DNA of 64,000 nt, from the NCBI RefSeq assembly GCF_009914755.1, contig NC_060943.1; one strand, given 5' to 3'. This DNA comes from the human T2T-CHM13v2.0 reference genome, Homo sapiens. Both the position numbers and the translations under genes were made by a program. This document shows positions 56,349 to 64,000 of the stretch, piece after piece (positions within the stretch are counted from its first letter, which is position 1; each line of letters starts with the position of its first letter). The notes beneath the pieces are model-generated. The model searched no databases and was not told the origin of the DNA. It saw nothing but the letters and a program-made list of their open reading frames with translations.

Positions 56349-57056
56349 TCTTCCTTCCTTCTGCCCTTCCTTCCTTCTTTCCTTTTCTCTTCCCTTTCTT
56401 CTTCCCTCTCTCCCTTCCTTTCTTTCTTCTCCCCTCTCTTCTCTCCTTCCTTCCTTCTTCCCTCCTGTATTAGCCTGTTTTCACACTGCTACAAAGAGCT
56501 TCCCAAGACTGGGTAATTTATAAAGGAAAGAGGCTTAGTGGACTCACAGTTCCACATGGCTGGAGAGACCTCAGGAAACTTAAATCATGGCGGAAGGTGA
56601 AGGGGAAGCAAACACCTTCACATGGCTGCAAGAGAGCGAAGTGCAAGCAGGGGAAATGCCAGATGCTCACAAAACCGTCAGATCTCCTGAGAATTCACTA
56701 TCACAAGAAAAGCATGGGGGAAACTGCCCCCATGATCCAATCACCTCCTTCCCTCCACATGTGGAGATTACAATTTGAGATGAGATTTGGGTGGGGACAC
56801 AGAGCAAAACCATATCATCTCCCTTTCTTCCTTCCTTCTTCAATCCCTTCCTTCCTTCTTTCCTCTCTTCTTCTCTTGCTCCCTCTCTTCCTTCCTTTTT
56901 TCTTTCCTCCCTTCCTCCCTCTCTCCTTTTCTTTCTTTCCCTTTCCTCCTTCCCTCCCGTCCTTCCTCTCTTCTTCTTTCTTTCCCTTCCCTTCCTTCCT
57001 TGGTACCTCCATTCCTCCTTCCCTACCTCCCTCTCTCCTTCTTTCTTTCCCCTTTT
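56349..57056. repeat. Polypyrimidine (CCTT/CT-rich) tract split by THE1D
   Basis: Almost pure C/T at 56349-56465 and 56818-57056. Confidence 0.92.
56466..56817 (-). mobile_element. THE1D-like MaLR solo LTR
   Basis: TGTATTAGCCTGTTTTCACACTGCT...GAGATGAGATTTGGGTGGGGACACAGAGCAAAACCATATCA; near-TSD CCTCC/TCTCC. Confidence 0.92.
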
Positions 57057-58539
57057 TGGGGGAGGGGTGTGGTGGACAAATGCAGAGTTAAAATTATGTA
57101 AATTAAATTTGTCAAATATATCACTCCACTGTAGCAAATTTCATTACTGCTTGTACCTCCTTACACTTACCCCAGCCATGAGTAGAATGTTGTTGTTATT
57201 GTTGTTTTAATCTTTAGATGTGTGTAGACAGAATGTTAAGTTACTGACAATGCTATAGGCATTGCTTTGTTTGCTAGTGCAAAGGATCATTTTTTCCCAG
57301 CTTCTTGGCTGTCCATGTTTCCGTCCTGAGTTGTCTTTCCTGCACTTTGCAGGCATGGAAACCTTGTTCCACACATTGCCTGGTGCCCTGTCCAGCGCTG
57401 CAAGGTGCACTGCGTCTCCTCTGCCCAGCAAGCCACAAGCCCCTCCAGGGTGAGAGGAGAGCCTTCCCTTCCCTTGGTCCTCCCTTCGACACAGGGAGCT
57501 GGAGCTGGACAGCCCCATAGGCACTCAGTAAGCACACACCATGTAGATAAGTTAACATGTACCTTTGAAAAGGTGGATCACGGGGATTTTGTAATGATGC
57601 AGCAGCGAGGATGCTTTGAGGATGGAACTTGGGGTCTTTCAAGTTCTCAGTAGGGCTGCGATCCTTCCTGGACTCTAGTTGTATCCTGCAGAGGTGTAGG
57701 AGATGAGCCAGTGAGGTGCCATTCTGGAGAGGTTCCTTGTCGGCTGTTCATGAACACAATTGCTCTTTCACAGCTATCAGTCCCTGAGCAGCCACCCTTC
57801 ACCAGGTTTGGGGCCAAGTGCCTTACACTTGTTACCTTATGCAATTCTCACCCTAAGCCTGCGATACCACAATTTTTATAATTTATCATCTACAGGTGTG
57901 AAAACCAAGGTGGAACATTTTAGGGACTCTCAGCTAGTAAGTGGAGGCTTCCTTTCCTGCCCCTTTTTTATTCCATTATGGACAGAGCTGACTGTATCTC
58001 TGCATTCACTGCAAGTCTGCGTTGCTCCCTCAATCTTTGATCCACTTCTTTCTCCTGAAGGGCACTGAAATACTGGCCATTTATGGCTCCTGAAACTTGG
58101 GATGGGAGGACCCAGAGAGCTCTTTTCACCAAGAGTGTGACCTCAGCAGCTTTCATTCCTTCCTGGCCCCAGCTGGCTCTGGGCTGAGCCCGCTTCACCA
58201 GGGAGCACCATGTGAAGATGAGTCTCAACCTGGAGTCTGCCATTTGTTTCCAGTCCTTCACTGCCATTCCAAAGAGAGGAATGACTGCCCGACCCTCCAT
58301 CTGGGGCAGACTCAGCCCAAAACAGAGGCTGTTGGCCCCTTTCCCCACCTCTCAGCTCCTTAGCACTTTGAATCCAATCCTACTCTTTGGAACTTAGCTG
58401 ATAAATACAAGGCTGCCTTTTCCAAAAATGTTTCTGAATAGACAAACTAGAAACTTTATAATTTGGAAATAGTATTCAAATGGCTCTAAAGACACATCTA
58501 GGGCTATGTTCTATTCTTGGGGAAATTCTAGAGATACAT

Positions 58540-58990
58540 GGTTGGCTGGATGGAGGGATGAATGAGTGGGTGGATGAGTAGGTGTGAGTGGATGAATAGA
58601 TGGGTGGATGGATGCATGCATAGATGAATGGATGGATGAATTGATGGGTGAGTGGAAGATAAATGAATAGATGGATGGGTGAAATGGATGGATGGATGGA
58701 TGGATGGATGGATGGATGGATGGATAAATGAATGGATGGATGTGTGAATGGATAAATGGATAGATCGATGAGTGGACAGATGAATGGATGACTGGATGAA
58801 TGAATAAATGGGTGGATGATTGGATGGATTAATGGACAAGTGGGTGGATTAATGGATGGATGGATGGATACGTAGATGGATGGATGGGTGAATAGATGGG
58901 TGGGTGGATGGATGGATGGATAGATGGATGAGAGAATGGGTGGATGGGTGTATGGATGAATGGATGGATAGGTGGAGAGATGGATGGACA
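58540..58990. repeat. (GGAT/GAAT)n degenerate tetranucleotide repeat
   Basis: ~450 bp; pure (TGGA)n core at ~58685-58724. Confidence 0.95.
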
Positions 58991-60724
58991 GATTGATTTC
59001 TCTCACTGAACAAGTACCAACATAGGCAAAAGCAAAGCAAGAGACACCAAAAGCATGTTTTATTTTGGGAGAAAGGAAAGTCCTTGGAAACACAAGTCCA
59101 GGCCTGCAAAATCCTTGGGCTGCTTCACCATTCTGGGAGCAGCAACATGTCCTTCAGCTGTCTTATATTCCCTTCTCCAGCAAGGACATAAGGACACGAT
59201 AAATACTTAAACTGCAGCAAGAAAATTTCAAGTTATTCTTTAAAAAAAAACTTTTGAAATAGCCATTTGATAATAGTAGACATCAGCCCCTAAGTAGAAA
59301 GAAATCTATTTTTCAGCATTTAATTCATACAAAATCTTCCATTTTCAATAAGCATTAATTTAACACAGACAAAATGGCTATAGGGTGACAGAATCTCATC
59401 TCTATATGTAGAAGATTTTTAAACAAAAAGCCACGTTTATATTTTATTGAATTCCAGGGGCCTGAAGGCAGGTAAGTTGTTGGGATAACCCCTGCAATCT
59501 GCCCCAACTTTCTAGTGTTATAGAAGAAACAATATTGAGGAAAGTCCTAGGTTTCCTTTTCTAATTTTTTTAGTCTTGCAACATTAACTAACAAGAATTT
59601 TCTTCCAAAATTGCAGAAATTTTTCTTTAAGACTAGGCGGGAAGAGTGGAAATAAAAGTCAAATCTAAAACCTGCAAACATAAACCTGGAGCAGGCGAGA
59701 GACCATTATTGCTGGTGTCTGTTCTCAGCTATAGAATCATTAACATGAAATACCTTTTAATGAATGCATTGAAAAAAGTGATTATATATTAAAGTACAAA
59801 AGTCTATTCCTGCACCATTTAAATTACTTTACAATGCTGATTAAAATAACAGAACATTATAGCTTGCTTAGCTAAACATTATATTTCCAAATCCATTTCC
59901 AATTGTTTCCCTTCAATTTGAACAATTTTTGAGCAATTTTATTGCTATTCATACCTGCTTGATTTTTTATTAGAAATTAAAATACACAGGTTTTTTATCA
60001 ATGTTGTGAAGTACTGCAAAGTTTAACTCTTTTGATGCCATTCAGAACCTCAAGTCACAGGGAGAAGCAACTTTTTTTCTCTCTTAATTCCAGGGGCTTG
60101 AAGAAGATATCTAGAAATGTCAAAGCAGAAGAGCCTCGGAGATAATCTGAACTATTTCTGAGTTTATATAAGGGAAAACTGAGACTGGAGAGAACTAACA
60201 TGTCTAATATTACAATGGAAACTTGTAATAAAACCACAAATTGAGTCAAGTCTCCTGATTCACTATATGAGCTTCTTTTGACTCTAAGAAACTGTCCTTC
60301 ACAAAGTTCCCAAGAAAGAATGGATTGGCCAGATCGATAGAGGAATTTCTGAGGAAACTGCACTTGTGTTTTTATATACTTGGCACTTATTCATGCTAAA
60401 CAGTAGTTTAGTGCAGTGGTGGAGAAAAGTATCCCTTTGAATGATACCTGATTAATGTGTGTATAAAGCACACAGGCCTATAAAATAGTGTGGAATATGG
60501 GACAAGCTATCTTGATGCCAAGCCATGGAATGGACCTGTGTGTTACCCAGGACAAGCTCCTTGTTCTAAAACCTTTATCATAAGTGCAACGAATGACTGC
60601 CTTTGCTGATTATAGAAACCTCTGTCCTGCTCGTGGCAACACCCTTAGCACCAAGCACAGAGCCTCACACAGAGAATGTGTTCAAGAACTCTTCAGTAGA
60701 TAAATGAATGAATGTTCCTCCATC

Positions 60725-61143
60725 ATATGGAGTTTTGGGGTCCCAAGCAACAAAAATAGATGCTAGTTAACCTGAGGAGGATATGAATTGGTTTAGGATA
60801 TCAAAGCAAAAGCTGAATTAACAAGGGGTCCTGGAAAGTTGGGGGCTGAGCAGCTCCAGGCCTCTAGACTGAAGAAAGTAATGAGGTCTCTTTGGGCATC
60901 CTGCTGGGATAAACCCTCTTTAATAATTTCCCATCTTTGTCTTCCTCATCTTAACATTCAGGCTCCCAAGAAAGAGAGTCCAATTGGCCGAGCTTTTATC
61001 ACACGCCTGTCTGTTGGCAAGAAGGGCTAGGAACCCTGCAATGTAGTTCATGAAGACTGTATACATGGAAAAGGGAAGTCAAGGTGCTAGTATTAGAAGA
61101 AACAATGAATTGTGAGCAGATAAAAACATCACATATCCACTGT
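60725..61143 (-). mobile_element. Old MLT1 (J/K/L-like) LTR
   Basis: AAGCAACAAAAATAGATGCTAGTTAAC...AAGGGAAGTCAAGGTGCTAGTATTAGAAGAA...AAAACATCACATATCCACT. Confidence 0.6.
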
Positions 61144-61969
61144 ACACTTGAGCTTCTCCTTCTCCTGTAGAGTGAGTGTAGCAATACCTAACTTGCAGGG
61201 TCCTTATGGGAACTGGAAATAGGATTAGAAGAGTCATAGCATAATTCCCTGGCACATAGCATGGAACCTATCACAGCTGGTTTTATGTAGGGGCAGTGAA
61301 GACATGGTTTACCACAAGTCGTGGCTTTCCCAATGCTGATTCCTGAACTGTGGCCACACTGTTCCTCTTTCAGAGGTGTTTGACAACACACTCTTCCATG
61401 TGCAGATCTTACTTACCGACGCTACCTTCATTACAACATTTCTTCAGCCCCAGCCATAAATTGAGTTGTGGAAGGCCCAAGCCATGCCAGGATTTTAGGA
61501 CGGCTGGGGTTGGTATCAGGTGGAGCTGAGGCTAGGAAACCAAAATAGGATGTGAGCTGGACCTGAAGGTAGTGGAGCAGTCAGGATCCCGATGTCTGAG
61601 GTGTGTGATGAGCAGAAGGCCATGATTGAGGATCTCAAGAATGACCCCAGTTTGCCAGACGCCAGGTCCAAGGCCACTGACAGATTCCCTGGTAGATTTC
61701 AAATGGACTCAAGAGCCTAAAGACAAAGACCTTATGACTCCATGTAGAAAGCCTGGGACTGAGCTGCCCGTGGGTGCCCAGCCAGGTGCAGGGGAAAAAA
61801 AAGAATGCTAACTGAAAATTAACTGATAGTCTAAACTGAGCAATGAGTTTGGAGACTCCAATTGCAAAAGTAATGGGAACAATGAAAAGAAGAGTATTCC
61901 TTGGGACTCAGTGCAGTAACTAATAATTATTGGACACTTGCCATTTGCTGGGTCCCCTGCTAGGGAGAC

Positions 61970-62215
61970 AGGACAGAGTAGTGATTAGGGGCACAGATCC
62001 AGGATTCAGATCATCTGGGTTTGAATTCTGGCTATTCCACTGAGTGGTTATAGGACTTCAGGCCAGTCTCATAACCCACCCTAAGTGGGGATACTAGGAG
62101 CAGTTTGTGCCTGTTGGAGCACTAAATTAGATGATTAATGTAATGTGCTAAGACCAGAGCCAGGCACTGAGAAGGTGTTCAATAAGCATTAATGATCTCA
62201 TTATTGTCGTGTTCG
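61970..62215 (+). mobile_element. MIR SINE
   Basis: CTGGGTTTGAATTCTGGCTATTCCACT...GCCAGGCACTGAGAAGGTGTTCAATAAGCATTA. Confidence 0.75.
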
Positions 62216-64000
62216 TTGTTAAGCCTTTGGTCATGCCTTATCTCATTTAGTTCTGAGGGTCTGAGGCAGTGCTAGGAAAGCATCATGGGAGACAGGCATG
62301 GTGGGAGCTGAGCCCTGACATGAATGGGGCTAACTCAATGGCATAAGGTGTGGGAATGGTGTTTGTCAGCAGTTGGGATGAGCAGTGATGCCCCTTAGGT
62401 GCAGTGAGGGTAATCCTGACTTGAGAGATGAAATCCTCAAGGGCCCCCAACCCCTTCTCCCCATTCTGTGGCTGGATCTCAGCCAAGGTGTGTGGAGTGG
62501 TTGGGTGGGGGGTTCAAGTCTAGGAACAGAGGGAGAGAAGGTCAGGTCAGTGAGCCATGTGGAAGCATGAACAAAAGAAGGGGAGTTGATTTTGAAGGAG
62601 GTAACAAGGCATAGAGCTTTTTAAGGACACTTCATTTGAGAGTTAGTGGTTGGTAGATGGGAGGGTGAAGGAAAGGAGACCAGAGTGGAGGAGAAAGGGA
62701 AACTTCTGGGAAGATGTACTTGGGGGGATATTCCAAGCCAGGCAAATGAGTGCAGGGGAAATGGAGGTAGGGCAGGTCCAGGGACCAAAGGTGAAGCTTG
62801 GCCTATAGAGGCACAGGCCTGGGTTGGAGGGACTCTCAAGAAAAGCAGGAATGGGAAATCTTATAGTAATGTCACCAATGACATAGGCTCAAAAGGGCTT
62901 TGCACCTGTTTTTTTCTTCTTGAAACCAAGAAGTTTCCTCTCTTCCCCACTTCTCGCCTCTGAATCACTCAGAGATCAGGGCTGGTGACAAGGGCCAGTG
63001 GCAGAGGCAGTATGTTTGAGGAGTTCAGAATACCTCTCCCCAAAGCAGGAGGTATATCTAGAAAAATGAAGCCTCTGATCTCCTTTCTTCTGTGTCTCGG
63101 GCCTCAGGCTGCTTCCAGGAGCCCAGCCATGCCTGGAACACGTTTCATGAGTGTCTAGGGGTTAACACTTCAAGAAGAAACAGGGGAGATTTTGCTGGTG
63201 TACACTATGTCATGAGAATGGATCTAACGAGTGAGAGGAAGCTCTGATCAAGAGCTGAAAAACCTGCACGATTTTCAACTCAGGAACCCACGCGTACCAC
63301 CATTTTCTTCTACGAGAAACCTCAACAGGTTACAGATACATAATTTGAAAGAAAACAACCTTAAGTAATGTGCCATTCTAGTTAGGTCTAAATTCACATT
63401 TGAAAATATTATTCAACTAATTAAAATGGAATTAAATGAATACAGTGTTAACTGTGTCTAGTGTTTAGCATAAAATGTTGTTAAATATATCATACTCTGT
63501 GTTCCAAACTGGCGGCAGATTTTAGCAATGTTTAATTGTAAGAAATAGCCATGTACTACTTAATTGCATAAGTAGGTGGAACATAAAAATCACAATTACA
63601 TGAATTATATTAAGTAAAATATGTTAAAATAGTTTGTTTTTCGATGGTGGAATTTTATGGACACTATAATGAAAGTGAAGTACATTTTTAATTACCTAAT
63701 TATTGCTATTTTCAAAGTCCATTTACACCATAATTGTTCCTGTTTTCATAGTCCAAAGAGTTCATGACAGAGAGACTCAGTGGGATCTAAAATAAGGATT
63801 CATTCTTCAGACAACTCCTGCTCATGGTTTCCCCCTATCTTTACAAAATCGATCTCAGATTCATTCAACATGCATTCAACAGGTAATTGTGTGTGTGAAA
63901 TTGCTGGGAATGGTAGCAGGTTGCAGAGATGAGGGAGGGGTAGATTTCCAGCCCTCAAGCAACTCATAGTCTAATGACAGAGGTAAGATGGACTACAGCA

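Noticed and set aside
56597-57210. Hydrophobic and Lys/Glu/Arg-rich ORFs
   Set aside because: Derived from THE1D plus the CT-rich tract.
58476-59109. IHPS-repeat ORFs up to 205 aa
   Set aside because: Translations of the (GGAT)n repeat.

Overview
Human non-coding genomic DNA. A near-consensus AluYb8 (human-specific subfamily) sits at 52024-52370, among abundant Alu, L1, L2, MIR, LTR and DNA-transposon fossils. I cannot place the locus, and I recognise no protein-coding exon, RNA gene or processed pseudogene. The long ORFs trace to repeats, low-complexity DNA or GC-rich chance frames. About 1-37.9 kb and 53.5-64 kb are MIR/L2/LTR-rich, with repeat-free blocks carrying homeodomain/SOX/POU motifs that resemble developmental enhancers (unverified inference). 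About 37.9-53.5 kb is dominated by two apparently full-length ancient L1M elements pointing away from each other. The most notable structures read directly from the sequence are: a ~2.1 kb internal inversion in the left L1; a 63/65 bp inverted templated copy of a MIR fragment inside an L1 fossil; a 143 bp dispersed direct duplication; the young AluYb8 with a long A-tail and exact TSD; and several nested insertions. I found no evidence of a novel gene system. Repeat subfamily names come from recalled consensus sequences and need confirming with Dfam/RepeatMasker.
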